This document shows, in pieces, positions 50,041 through 61,600 of a stretch of DNA of 64,000 bases (position 1 is its first letter; every line of letters begins with the position of its first letter). The notes under the pieces were generated by a model, which saw only the letters and a list, made by a program, of their open reading frames with translations, was not told the origin of the DNA and ran no database searches. The stretch covers positions 11,087,181 through 11,151,180 of the forward strand of contig NC_057720.1 of NCBI RefSeq assembly GCF_004010195.1. Direction: 5' to 3'. Made by a program: the position numbers and the translations under genes. The DNA comes from Chiloscyllium plagiosum. Lineage: Eukaryota.

Positions 50041-50716
50041 ATTAACTAGTTTAATCAATCTGTTCGGAAACATTACAACAGATCTCTGGGGAAAGTGGGA
50101 CTTGAGCCTAGACTTCCCAGACTTTAGGGAGGGAAACTAACACTGTGCCCCAAACTCTTATTGCTCGCTAGAGTTAAAAAAGGCTACTTGAACATGGTGT
50201 GGCATATCTCCATGGCAGATGGAACTTGAAACTACAGGTACACAGCCAGTGACACTACCACTAAGCCACAAGAGCCTAGTAACACATTCTGATGGAACAC
50301 ACCTCTGGACTTTAGGCCCAGATTTATAGATACCCACCACCACTGTGCCACTAGCTCCAATTGTCACCTGTTTACATTTGAACAATGTTGTTTAATTAAT
50401 CAAATAACTCCAGGGGGCAACATCAGCACTGAAACCTTACTCCACCAAACGAGGCAGTGCCTCTGGAGAGAAATTTCAGATGGCTGTGTGCAAGATGCTC
50501 ATGCCAGAAGCACTTCTTGCCCTAGAAACACTGCAGTCAGGCAGGATTACCCACCTATCCATCATCAGCTCCAGTTCTGTGAGCAGAGGCATTGGGTTAC
50601 ACAGAAGGACAAATGTGAGAGCATGCCTGTTAAATGCAACCTCCTTCTTCAGCCCATTACTTGGCAAACTGTGGCTCTGCTTTGAAGACTGAAGTAACAA
50701 AGTCAGTGTAAACATG

Positions 50717-50937
50717 GTTAAAAATCACACAACACCAGGTTATAGTCCAACAGGTTTAATTGGAAGCACACTAGCTTTCGGAGCGACGCTCCTTCATCAG
50801 GTGATTGTCACCTGATGAAGGAGCGTCGCTCCGAAAGCTAGTGTGCTTCCAATTAAACCTGTTGGACTATAACCTGGTGTTGTGTGATTTTTAACTTTGT
50901 ACACCCCAGTCCAACACCGGCATCTCCGAATCATGAC
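50717..50937 (+). mobile_element. Young PLE family A twin-hammerhead palindromic mini-element
   Basis: 88-bp perfect arms 50717-50804 and 50808-50895, 3-bp spacer, 42-bp tail, 10-bp TSD TGTAAACATG. Confidence 0.95.
50809..50843 (+). ncRNA. Minimal hammerhead ribozyme motif (mirror copy on the minus strand at 50769-50803)
   Basis: CAC-CTGATGA-A-GGAGC-gtc-GCTCC-GAAA-G-CTA-GTG; predicted cleavage after 50840. Confidence 0.8.
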
Positions 50938-51714
50938 TGTAAACATGAGTCTCCTCCTTGCAGTTGATTCTCACAAACATATTGCCTGGATATGCTACAA
51001 AATCTTATCAGAGGGGAGTACCCAATCTGGGAACTTTATCATTTCAGTGTATTGACTGGTAGCTGTGGACTATAATTTAGCTGCAGTACTTTAGGTTTGG
51101 AGGTGGGTTATTAAACTGTCTGCTTTTGATGCGTTACCAGAGCCTAGATTGAAACGACCACAGTCATTAAACTAAATAAAAAGATGATGTTGGTTTCTCT
51201 GCTGCTTATGCAGCTGCTTGAAGAACTGAGCATGAATCGGCCCAAGTAACCTGCCGTGGAGCGCAATGCCACACATTTTTAAAAAGAAGCAACTGTTGAT
51301 ATTTCTTCAGTCAACGACAGCAGTTGTCCATATTGGCGATTATTTCATGCCCATGTTTTATGTAATACAGTTGGAATGCTGGCCATCAGTTTGAGAAGAA
51401 TTAAAAATCAGGGCCTTCCTCCAATCACTGAGTCTACTTACTGACTGTACAGTTGGGTCACTTTGGTCATGCCATGAGCTGTTGTCATTTTTGTGTTATC
51501 TTTTCTATCCAGTTTATAAGCTAGGACTCTCCCAGCACTTTTGCCATGGTTTTAGAGACAGGATCACCTGAGAAACTGTTCTGCCATTCAACAGCTGACT
51601 TGTGACCTAACTCCATACACCTGCCTTTGGTCCATGTTCCTTAATACCTTTGTTTAATTAAAATGTGTGTATCTCAGAATTATAATTAGCAACGGATCTA
51701 ACATTAACTGCTAG

Positions 51715-51918
51715 AAATCTTACCAATGTTTATAGATATACCATAGAAAGCACTCTATCTGGATGTGTCACAGCTTGGATTGCAACTGCTCTGCCCAGGA
51801 CCACAAGCAATTACAGAGGGTTGTGATTGCAACCCGGTTTAGCCTTCCTTCCGTCTACACTTCTCGCTGCCTCAGGAAAGCAGCCAACATCATCAAAGAT
51901 CCCTCCCACCCTGGTTAA
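51715..51918 (+). mobile_element. Rex1/Babar-like fragment
   Basis: ATAGAAAGCACTCTATCTGGATG...AACTGCTCTGCCCAGGACCACAAG. Confidence 0.75.
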
Positions 51919-52045
51919 ACTCCTATACTCAATGCACTGACCAGTAGAGGCAAGCATACCAAATGCCTTCTTCACTGCCTTGTCTCCCAGAGACTCCACT
52001 TTCAAGGAACTATGAAACTGCACGCCAAGGTCTCTTTGTTGGGAA
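51919..52045 (-). mobile_element. CR1 fragment
   Basis: QRDLGVQFHSSLKVESLGDKAVKKAFGML. Confidence 0.8.
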
Positions 52046-52104
52046 CAGACATTGGCTGTCGTCAATGCTCACTCAGTTTCAACTCTGTCCAATTATTGCC
52101 TAAT

Positions 52105-52295
52105 CAAAAACAAAAGCGTTGGAAATACTCTGCAGGTCTGGCAGCCTATGTGGATAGAGAAGCAGTTAATATTCGGTTGAAGAATCACATTTGAGTTGCA
52201 AGGTAGATGTTGTTTCTGTCTTTACACTTGCTGCCAGCCATGCTGAGTATTTCCAACACTTTCTGTTTTTCATTTTTCAGATTTCCAGCAGATGT
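52105..52295. mobile_element. Old PLE family C inverted remnant
   Basis: GTTGGAAATACTC ... GAGTATTTCCAAC inverted termini. Confidence 0.6.
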
Positions 52296-52446
52296 TTCAT
52301 TTGATGTTTCTGATTAATTGCTCTTTTAAGTTTCTTAGTTGGCTAAAACTTTACTATAATGTAGTTGTTGCTGCTGGCATTCTGTAAAGTACATGAAGGT
52401 GGAGAAGGTGTTACATACAATGAGTGGTAGAGGTTTGGAATTCTCT

Positions 52447-52780
52447 TGATTTGATTTAATTTATTATTGTTACATGCACTGAGATACAGTGAAATGTATT
52501 GTTTTGCCTGCTACCCAGACAATCATAGCTTACATAAGTACATCAGGGTAATAGAACAGAATGCAGAATACAGTATTACAACAACAGAGACAGTGCTGAA
52601 AGATCAACTTTAATAAATGAGAGGTTCATTCATAAGTCTGATAACAGCAGGGATGAAGCTGTTCTTGAATCTGTTGGTACGTGTTTTCAAACTTTTGTAT
52701 CTTCTGCCCAATGGACGAGGGTGGAAGAGAATATATCGGGGGCAGGAGGGATATTTGATTATGGTGGCTGCTTTCCCAAG
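52447..52780 (-). mobile_element. Rex1/Babar-like 3' end
   Basis: Reverse complement similar to 47600-47900. Confidence 0.82.
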
Positions 52781-52974
52781 CCCTCTTCACCCAAGCTTGG
52801 TTTGTCCATTTGTCAGTCACGTCTCATATGCACAGAATGAGCACTGGGATTGCAAGGTGTCCGACTCAGGAAGAGGAGGGTAGGTGAGGTGGAGTGCTAA
52901 GGAACAGAAAGGAACGTTTATCAGATGATGCGCAGTATATCATTTCCAAACTGTCCAGGGAAGAAAAGAAAACA

Positions 52975-53265
52975 AAGACTTGCATTTGTCAGCTTTTGAG
53001 GGGACTACAGGATGTTACAAAGCGTTTCACAGCTCATGTTGTAGTTCTGGAGTGTAATCATTGTTGCTATGTAGGAACATGACAGTCAATTTGCATACAA
53101 CAAGCGGTCTCAAAGAGCAACATGAAATGACGAGATAATCTATGATATTGATAGAGAGATAAGTATTAGCCAAGACGCCAGGGATAATAATGTCCCTGCT
53201 CCTCCTCAAAATAGTACCGTTAAATCTTGTATACCCATGGAGCAGACAGAGGATACTCAATTTCG
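52975..53265 (-). mobile_element. Deu-domain SINE remnant
   Basis: AAAGCGTTTCACAGC...GTAGGAACATGACAGTCAATTTGCATACA. Confidence 0.6.
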
Positions 53266-53688
53266 AATCTCAGTCATTAGAAGGCTGTGAGCCATGTGCT
53301 GGAAAATGGAATTTGAATAGTTAGGTGATTGTTTTTGACCTCCACAGACACAATGGGCCAAAGGGCCTTTTTCTGTGCTTGAGATTTTGATGTCTCTCAG
53401 ATAGCATCTCTCTTCAATACTTCATTAGAGCCTAAGCTTTGATTTCATTTTTCTCTCAAGCCCCAGAGAAGGTCATGAAATGAGCATCTTGCGACAAAAA
53501 AAGCAAGATTTGTCTTGTTCATTCACAGGATGTAAGTGTTGTTGGCTAGACCAGTATTTGTTGGCCAGAGGTCAGTTAAAAGTCAACCATATTGCTGTGG
53601 GTGTGGAGTCACATGTAATAGAGACCATATAAGACCAGCAGCATCCTTCCCCAAAGGATATTGAACCAACAATAACTTCATGATTGTT

Positions 53689-54190
53689 GTCAAAAATCAC
53701 ATGACACCAGGTTATAGTCCAACATGTTTATTTTAAACACTATCTTTCAGAGCGCTGCTCCTTCATTGCATATAATGAGAAAGGAGGTGTCAGAAACCTC
53801 CTGGTGTAAGTAAAAGATCAAAGGGTCACACAACTGATTCGAATGTATTGAACAAACCTAAGATGGCTGACTCCCTCCCGTTAATCAGTTAGAAAGGAGA
53901 TGCAGGTTTCAATCGATTAAAATGCAAATCCCAGAATTTTTTCAGGTCACTTCCCTGAGAAAACTAAGAAGTTTTATCAATCTAAAAGAGGTGACATCTC
54001 AGGTCAGACAATGCATTTTAGGTGTGAGGCGTTATTTAGAAACTGTCTGTGTGCTAACCTGGAGGCAGACTAGTTTTATTTCCAAAGCAGGAATTTATAA
54101 AATGCCACATTGACTGCAAATTGTGGGCTTTTTGAACAAAATAGAATGCATCTACAAATGCACCCCATAGATTTATATGTATGTGTGCAT
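53689..54190 (-). mobile_element. PLE family A 3' region (pLTR arm plus upstream UTR) inserted in a SINE
   Basis: GTCAAAAATCACATGACACCAGGTTATAGTCCAAC...CTTTCAGAGCGCTGCTCCTTCAT; the host SINE resumes at ~54190. Confidence 0.65.
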
Positions 54191-55214
54191 GATCATCATT
54201 AGACTCTCAACATTTTCATTGAATTCATGTTCCACCATGGCAGGAATTGAACACAGGTCCCCTGAACATTACATGAATCTCTTGATGAACAGTTCATAAA
54301 TAACACCACTAGGCATTGCCATCATGCATTTACTACTAGCTGAGGCATGACTGACACATGAGCAATGTGCAACAATTAAATGCAACAACAAAGTAATTTA
54401 TAGCAAGCATTTATGTAGCATTGTTCACATATGAAAATGTACCAAGGTGAGGTTGGCATTGGAAGAGTGTTGATGCTGAGCCACATTCGGAAACGTGGGG
54501 ACAGTAGGTGTGGTAAAAAAGGAGCATCTTGAGAAAAGACAGCAAAGAAACGAGGCTGAGAGCTTGAAGAGAGAAATTCCAGAACTCCGGATTTCAGTGG
54601 TTGAGGGAAGAGCCAGGAAACGGGATGTGCAGGTGACTGGAATCCGAGGAACATAAAATTCTCCGAGGATTGTGGGGATAAATGAAGTTAGAGAGGTAGA
54701 AAAAAGACAAGTTCCTTGGACGGTTTTAAACCCAAGGATTAAAAGAACACACTAGTTTTCACATTTTGACACATGTTAGCTAGCTTCCTGTTTCCTTTGC
54801 AGTGTACTTCACCTTCTAGGCCACATTTCATGAAACGAAAGAGCTCCCTGGAGTTTGCTTTGTGATATCGGGTTTGTGTATGACCAAGCACTGCAGTGGA
54901 AATTCAGCAGAGCTGGATTTCAGTCTTGCAACAGACTCAGTTCAATCCTACAGTCCTTTGTTACAGAGAGTGTGCACTGCACACAGAGATCAGGGAAGGA
55001 AAGTAAGAAGACTTTTTTTGCGTGAGGAGTTGGATATTGTCAGTCTGCCGCAGTTTGGAACTTCCTTTCCCCTGAATGACGGGGTTGTAGATTCAAGTTT
55101 CATGCTAGGGTATTAAGAACAAAGGCAAGACTGGGGTGACACTCTAATACAAGTAACTGAGGAAGATGCTACAGAGCAGTCCTTAAAACTAGAAAGAGGA
55201 ATAATCAAGACTTT

Positions 55215-55935
55215 TGTTACAACACAGGGTAAACCCTCCTGCTTGATTTAAACCAGCAACACAGAAAAGATTTATCCCATGCAGTAATCTGTGAAATTCG
55301 AGAGGACAAGAACTCGTTATAGTAAAAATTAACAACCTTATTTCTTAAAGTATAACAGAGAATAATTAGCTAACAATTATTTACAACTCCTTTCTCTAAT
55401 CTATCTTTTACTTTTCCCTTCTATAATACTAGCCCAATAAAACCTCTGGTTAAGATTTACCAAAAAATGCAAATTTTAAAAGCAACTAGCTGTCAAATCT
55501 TCCCTTTATATCTTCCTCTGTAGATGTGCTCCCCAGGTCAGTGTCGATGTTTTTCTCTGTGCAAACCCCTTCTCTAGACAGGTACCTCTCAGAGACATCT
55601 GACTGGCAGCCTACATTTGTTGGTCTTTGGCAGTTCTCCTCCAACTGTTCAATTTTTCCCAGTCTTATGTCCCAAAGCATGGGATTGTTTCATCGGTTTT
55701 TAAGATTGCCAATATACTCAATTCAAACTTGATTGGAGGTTGGTATTTTGGGGTATAATTTAAACGAATTGGGCAAATTCGAATTTGTTTTGTCATCTCC
55801 AAGCAACCTAACTAATCTAGCTGTTTGACCAAATGTTACATTGTTACCTTATTCAGAGCACTTGGTGCTCCATCAGGTAGTTCTGCTAGTTTTTAATTCT
55901 CTTAAAAGTACAGTACCCCTTATACCTTCATAGCA
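55215..55935 (-). mobile_element. Solo LTR (721 bp)
   Basis: TGTTAC...ATAGCA termini; 4-bp TSD CTTT at 55211-55214 and 55936-55939; orientation tentative. Confidence 0.75.
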
Positions 55936-56587
55936 CTTTAAAAATGGAAACTTCAAGTGTTTGCAGCATCTGTGAAGTTATGAAGAGGTGTGCTAAACAA
56001 ATCTCTGGCAGGATTACTACTTAAAGCAAAAGCGATGTGCATCAATGAGAAAATGTATTGATTTAAGGTGTCTCAGAATCTGATATGTCTAACATTTCCA
56101 GAGAGAGAAGAACTTGCAGTCTTTTATCAGTTTTGCCCCTGGCCAAGGCAGTAAGACCAACTAATGGTCTACTGAGGGATTACATCACCACCCTTCCCCC
56201 TCCCCAAGCAGTTTTTGAACATGAACAAATGTCAATGGTTCAAGGATCTGGGATTTTGAGGTACCAGAAGGATTTACCTAGACTCAACTGAGGGAATGAA
56301 CACACAAGATGAAAACAAAAACTTGTAATTTGTCAAACCTGGTGCACATTTGCAATTCCAGTCATGAACTGGTGTAGCTGATGCTGATGTTGCATGTTGC
56401 GGAGGAGGGAGGAAACATTTCTGAGGTGCTTTGAAGGCACATTAGAGGAGTGCAGTCCCCAACTATACACCTTCCCAGCTTATACAGAAACTTGCTTAGA
56501 TTGATCAAACACACCCTCAGATGTGGGCAAACACTTGACGCTTCTAAACAGAAAGAAAATGCTGAAAATTCTTAAAGGATTTCTTTG

Positions 56588-57130
56588 AGTCATAGAGTTT
56601 GTACAGCATGGACACAGACCCTTCAGTCCAACTGGCCTATACTGCCCAGATAGCCTAACTTAATCCCATTTGGCAGCATTTGGCCCATATCCCTCTAAAC
56701 CCTTCCTATTCATATACCCATGCAGATGTCTTTTGCATGTTGTAATTGTACCAGTCTCCACCACTTCCTCTGGCAGCTCATTCTATACACACACCACCCT
56801 CTGCGTGAAAAAAGTCACCCTTAGGTCCCTTTTAACTGTTGCCCTTTCACCTTAAACCTATGCCCTCTAATTTTGGACTCTCATAACCCGGGGAGAAGAC
56901 CTAGGAAATTCGCCCTATCCGTGCCCCTCATGATTTTATAAACCTCTATAAGGTCACACCTCAGCCACCAATGCTCCAGAGAAAACAGCCCCAGCCTATT
57001 CAGCCTCTCCCTCTAGCTCAAACCCTCCAACCCTGGAAACATCTTTGTAAATCTTTCCTGCGCCCTTTCAAGTATCATAACATCTTTCCTGTTGGAGGGA
57101 GGCCAGAACTGAATGAAGTATTCCAAATAT
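56588..57130 (-). mobile_element. CR1/HER1-like LINE 3' fragment
   Basis: Similar to 1680-2053 and 38156-38700. Confidence 0.88.
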
Positions 57131-57234
57131 GGTAGCATCTGCTGAGAGAGAAACAGAGCGAACATTTCAGGTCAATGACATTCTTGAAATTTCAATGGTC
57201 TGTCATCCACAAATTCATTCATGAGTGCTCTGTG

Positions 57235-58320
57235 CAAAGGAACACAGGAACAGCAGTAGGCCATTCAGCCTGGCAATTCTGCCCCACAATTCACTTAGAT
57301 CATCAACCTCAATGCCATCTCCCACATCATCGTAGAATCCCTGCAGTGTAGAAACAGTCCATTTAGCCCAACAAATCCACGCCGACCCTCTGAAGAGTAA
57401 CCCATCCAGATCCATTCCCCTATCCTATTACTCTACATTTACCCCTGAATCACCTACCCTACGCATCCCTGAACACTATGGTCAATTTAGCATGGCTAAT
57501 TCACCTGACCTGCACATTTTTGGACTGTGGGAGGAAACTGGAGCACCTGGAGAAAATCCATGCAGACACTGGGAGCATGTGCAAACTCCACACAGACTGT
57601 TACCCAAGGCTGGAATCGAATCCAGGTCCTGGTGCTGTGAGGCAGCAGCGCTAACCACTGAGCCACCGTGCTGCCATTATCTTGATATCCCTTGATGTCA
57701 TTAGTTTCCAGAAATCTGTTGGTGTCTGTTATGTACATACTCGATGATTGAACCTCCAAAGTCCTATAGGCTAGAGAATCCCAAAGATGCACCACCTACT
57801 AAGTCAAGAAATGTCCCCTCATTTCTTTCTTAAATAGCTTACATTTATCGTGTGATGATGCACCCTACTTGTGAAGTCACCAGTCAGGGGAAACATCTTG
57901 CTTATATCCACCCTGTCCCACACTGGAAGAACTTTATAAGTTTCAGTGAGAACCCCTCTCACTCTTCAAAGCTCCTGAGTATATGGACACAGTCCCTCCT
58001 CATCAAACAAACCTGTCCTTCCCAGGGATTCATCTGGTGAATTGCAGTTGTATTCTTTCGATGGCGATAAATTGTTTCTAGGAGAATAAAACTGAACACA
58101 GCACTCCCAGTGAGATCTCACCAAGGCTGCAGTGAGATATCTTAAATGCTGTACTCAAATCCCCTCATGATGAAGGCTAACATATCACATTACCTTCCTA
58201 ATTGCTTGCTGCTAGCTTTTGGTGACTTCCCAAACTTTCACTATTTAGGAAATATTCTGCCTTTGTGTTTTCATTCGACCAAAGTGAACAACTTCACAAT
58301 ATTCATGTTAATTTCCAACT
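57235..58320 (-). mobile_element. Old CR1 fragment with an HE1 insert
   Basis: VHLWDSL motif and degenerate ORF2 end. Confidence 0.6.
57330..57675 (-). mobile_element. HE1-type SINE
   Basis: Full HE1 pattern in reverse complement. Confidence 0.9.
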
Positions 58321-58384
58321 GCCCTGCTCTCGCCCAATTCAGATGAGCAATGATATGAGCAAGGGTTTGGGAGTGTCTCTACAT

Positions 58385-59080
58385 CTCAGGATGTTGCTGG
58401 GTATGAAATGTTTGAGATGTAAAGAAAGGCTGGATAGGCTGGAACTGGGACATAGGAGGTTGAGAGTTGACCTCACTGAAGTTAATGAGAGATATAAATA
58501 AGGTGAATGGAAGTTATCGGGTTTCAAGACCATTTTTAAGGTGAGAGGAGAGAAACTTTGAAAAGACGTAAGGGGCAAAGTTTTTACGCAGAGGGTGGCT
58601 CGTGTGTGGAATGAACTTCCTGAGGAAGGAGTGGATGTGGGTCAATTACCCACATTTAGAAGACATTTGGATAAGTCCATCAATAGATTAGATTAGATTA
58701 CTTACAGTATGGAAACAGGCCCTTCGGCCCAACAAGTCCACACCGCCCCGCCGAAGCGTAACCCACCCAAACCCCTACATTTACCCTTTACCTAACACTA
58801 CGGGCAATTTAGCATGGCCAATTCACCTGACCTGCACATCTTTGGACTGTGGGAGGAAACCGGAGCACTCGGAGGAAACCCACGCAGACATGGGGAGAAC
58901 GTGCAAACTCCACACAGTCAGTCGCCTGAGGCGGGAATTGAACCCGAGTCTCTGGCGCTGTGAGGCATAGGAAAGATTTGGAGAGATATGGGCCAGGAGC
59001 AGGCTTAGTTTAGATTCTGATTATGTTCAGCATGGATTGGTTCAACTGATGGGTCCGTTTCTGTGCTGTACAACTCTATT
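58385..59080 (+). mobile_element. CR1 3' fragment with an HE1 insert
   Basis: ORF2 end and UTR similar to 15680-16145. Confidence 0.8.
58684..58966 (-). mobile_element. Young HE1-type SINE, 5'-truncated
   Basis: CpG-rich, (TAATC)n tail, short ATAG flanking repeat. Confidence 0.9.
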
Positions 59081-59489
59081 TGTGTTTTAAATGGGTGACG
59101 CCTAACTTTTACACTGTCACCTGCTAACCCTCAGCTATTGGCTGCAGATGCTTCATCCTGAGCTGTTTCCGTCAGTGTTTCCGTCAGATTCACCTCATGC
59201 CTCCACACTCAGATCCAGAGCAAAGGGGTAGATCACACGTACCTCAGCTGGAGTAGGAATCAAACTCATGCTGCTGCCATTAATCACTGGCCACATAAGC
59301 TACTTATGTCCCAGTGCTTGTGTAAACTTCTGCAATGTCACGCCTCTGGAATTAGCGCCTTATCATAATTGTCGGTTAGGTGGCACTTAAATGACACTAA
59401 CTGCACCGACTAATTTGAGCTGTTTCAAGCAGTTGTTCATGTAATCTCTTTCTTTTTTATCACACTCACAAACTCAAGGCTTGATTTTA

Positions 59490-59760
59490 CAATTGTGTTT
59501 GAGCCTGAGATGAGTTTCTGATCTCGTACTGGTGTCATGACTAAGACCATCAACCTTTACTTCCATAACATCGCCCAAATTCACCCCACCTCAGCTCACA
59601 TGCTATTCAAATGTCCTCCGTGTCTTCAAAGCCTCTGGTCTTGACAATTCCAATGGACTGCTGACTGGTCTCTCAAATTCTACCGTCAGTAAACTGGAAG
59701 TCATCCACAACACTGCTGCCTATTTCTTAACTCGCAACCCAGTCCCGATTCCCTATCAGC
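59490..59760 (+). mobile_element. L2 LINE ORF2 fragment
   Basis: Decayed FHNIAQ...LDNSNGLLTGLSNSTVSKLEVIHNTAA (L2 SRLDYxN..LQxIQNxAAR-type motif). Confidence 0.7.
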
Positions 59761-59764
59761 CTGC

Positions 59765-60845
59765 AAAAGATTGCGGAAAGCTGCAGCACAGAGGGACTGA
59801 GAGTATTTTGTGCATAAATCACAAGGTCACCCAGTAATAGGGAAGGCAGAGAGACCAGGGGCCTTTATTTCAATGCAAATGGAAAAGAAACGTAGGGAAG
59901 CCTTACTAAAATTATACAAGATGCTAGTCCAACAACAGCTGGAATCCTCTGACCGGTTTTGGACCCCTTATTGAAGGAAAGAAATACTAGCATTGGAGGG
60001 TGTTCAAAGAACGTTCACTAGATGGATCTGAAGTAAGGAGAGACTGCCTTCTGAGGAAAGTTGGAGTAGGTTGGGCCTAAGTTGCTTGGAGTTAAGAAGA
60101 AGAGTAGCATTTACACACTTTATGGTAAGGTCCTGGGGAGTGTTGCTGAACAAAGAGACCTTGGGGTGCAGGTTCATAGCTTCTTGAAAGCGGAGTCCTA
60201 GGATGTCAGGATAATGAAGAAGGGGTTTGGTAAACTTGCCTTTATTGGTCGGAGCATTGAGTATAGGAGTTGGGAGGTCATGTTGCAGCTGTACAGGGCA
60301 TTGTTTAGGCCATTTTTACAATGCTGATTGCAATTCTGGTCTCCTTCCTGTAGGAAGGATGTTGTGAAACTTGAAAGGGTTCAGCAAAGATTTACAAGGA
60401 ATTTGCCAAGGTTGGAGGTGTTGAGCTATAAGGAGAGGTTGAACAGGCTGGGGCTGTTTTCTCTGGGGCATCGGAGACTGAGGGGTGATCTTATAGAGGT
60501 TTATAAAATCATGAGGGACATGGATAGGATAAATAGTTAAGTCTTTTCCCCAGGATAAGGGAGTCCAAAACTAGAGGACATAGGTTTAAGGTGAGAGGGG
60601 AAAGATTTAAAAGAGACCTAAGGGGCAACATTTTCAAGCAGAGGAGTTGTACATGTATGGAATGAGCTGTCAAAGGAAGTGGAAGAGACTGGTCCATTGA
60701 CAACATTTAAAAACGGTTTTAGAGGGATATGGGCCAAGTGCTAGGAAATGGAACTAGATTTATTTAGGATATCTGATCAGCATGGACGAGTTAGACTGAA
60801 GGATCTGTTTTCATGCCATATAATTCTATGAGTCTCTGACTCTAA
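59765..60845 (+). mobile_element. Two adjacent CR1 fragments (older 59765-60100; HER1-like 60110-60845)
   Basis: QFWSPSCRKDVVKLERVQQRFTR...RGDLIEVYKIMR. Confidence 0.85.
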
Positions 60846-60956
60846 GAATGAGACGCGACTTCATTGAAATGTTTTAGATTCTTAGAGGATTTGACAGCAT
60901 AGATGCAGAATGGCTGTTTCCCATTGTGAGACCAGAGGAGATAATTTCAGAGTGAA

Positions 60957-61600
60957 GAGTGTGGTGCAAGAAAAGCACAGCAGGTCAGGCAGCATCCGAG
61001 GAGTAGGAGAATTGAAGCTTTGGGCATAAGCCCTTCATTAGGAATGAGGCTTGTGGGCCGGGGGTGCTGAGAAATAAATGGGAGGGGGGGATGGGGCTAG
61101 AGGGAAGGTCTCTGGGACACACGCACCAAGCAACCCCACTACCTCATGGCTGAACACTTCACCAAGGACATGCAGGTCCTGGGCTTCTTCCAATGCCAAA
61201 CCCTAACCACCCAACAACTGGAGGAGCAACACCTCATTTTCCTTGGGATCCTGCAACCACACAGGATTAATGTGGATTTCACCAGTTTTCTCATTTCCCC
61301 TTCCCCCACCTTATCCCAGTCCCAAGCCTCTAACTTGGCACTGCCCTCTTGACCTATCCATCATCTTTTTCATCAATAAGCTCCACCCTCCTCTCAGACC
61401 TATCACCTTCCCACCCAATTTCATCCACATATCACATTCTCAGCTACCCTCCCCCCCCCAGCCCCGACCCTGATTCCCGACGAAGGGCTTATGCCCGAAG
61501 CATCAATTCTCCTGCTCCTCGGATACTGCCTGACCTGCTGTGCTTTTCCAGCACCACACTCTCGACTCTGATCTCCCATCTGCAGTCCTCACTTGCTCTA
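60957..61600 (+). mobile_element. 5'-truncated PLE family B: inverted pLTR + endonuclease C-terminus + direct pLTR and tail
   Basis: AEHF..DMQVLG...LEEQHLIF.LGILQPHRINVDF; HHR motifs at ~61015-61043 (-) and ~61473-61505 (+); degenerate TSD AGATAA..TC.GAGT in the host CR1. Confidence 0.88.

Noticed and set aside
50480..50692. Short ORF after a TTTCAG acceptor-like site as a host exon
   Set aside because: No recognisable protein similarity and no convincing polypyrimidine tract or donor pair
50717..50895. Palindromes read as DNA-transposon MITEs, miRNA precursors or terminators
   Set aside because: One-sided tail, variable 8-15 bp TSDs, monomeric copies and linkage to GIY-YIG remnants indicate PLE origin
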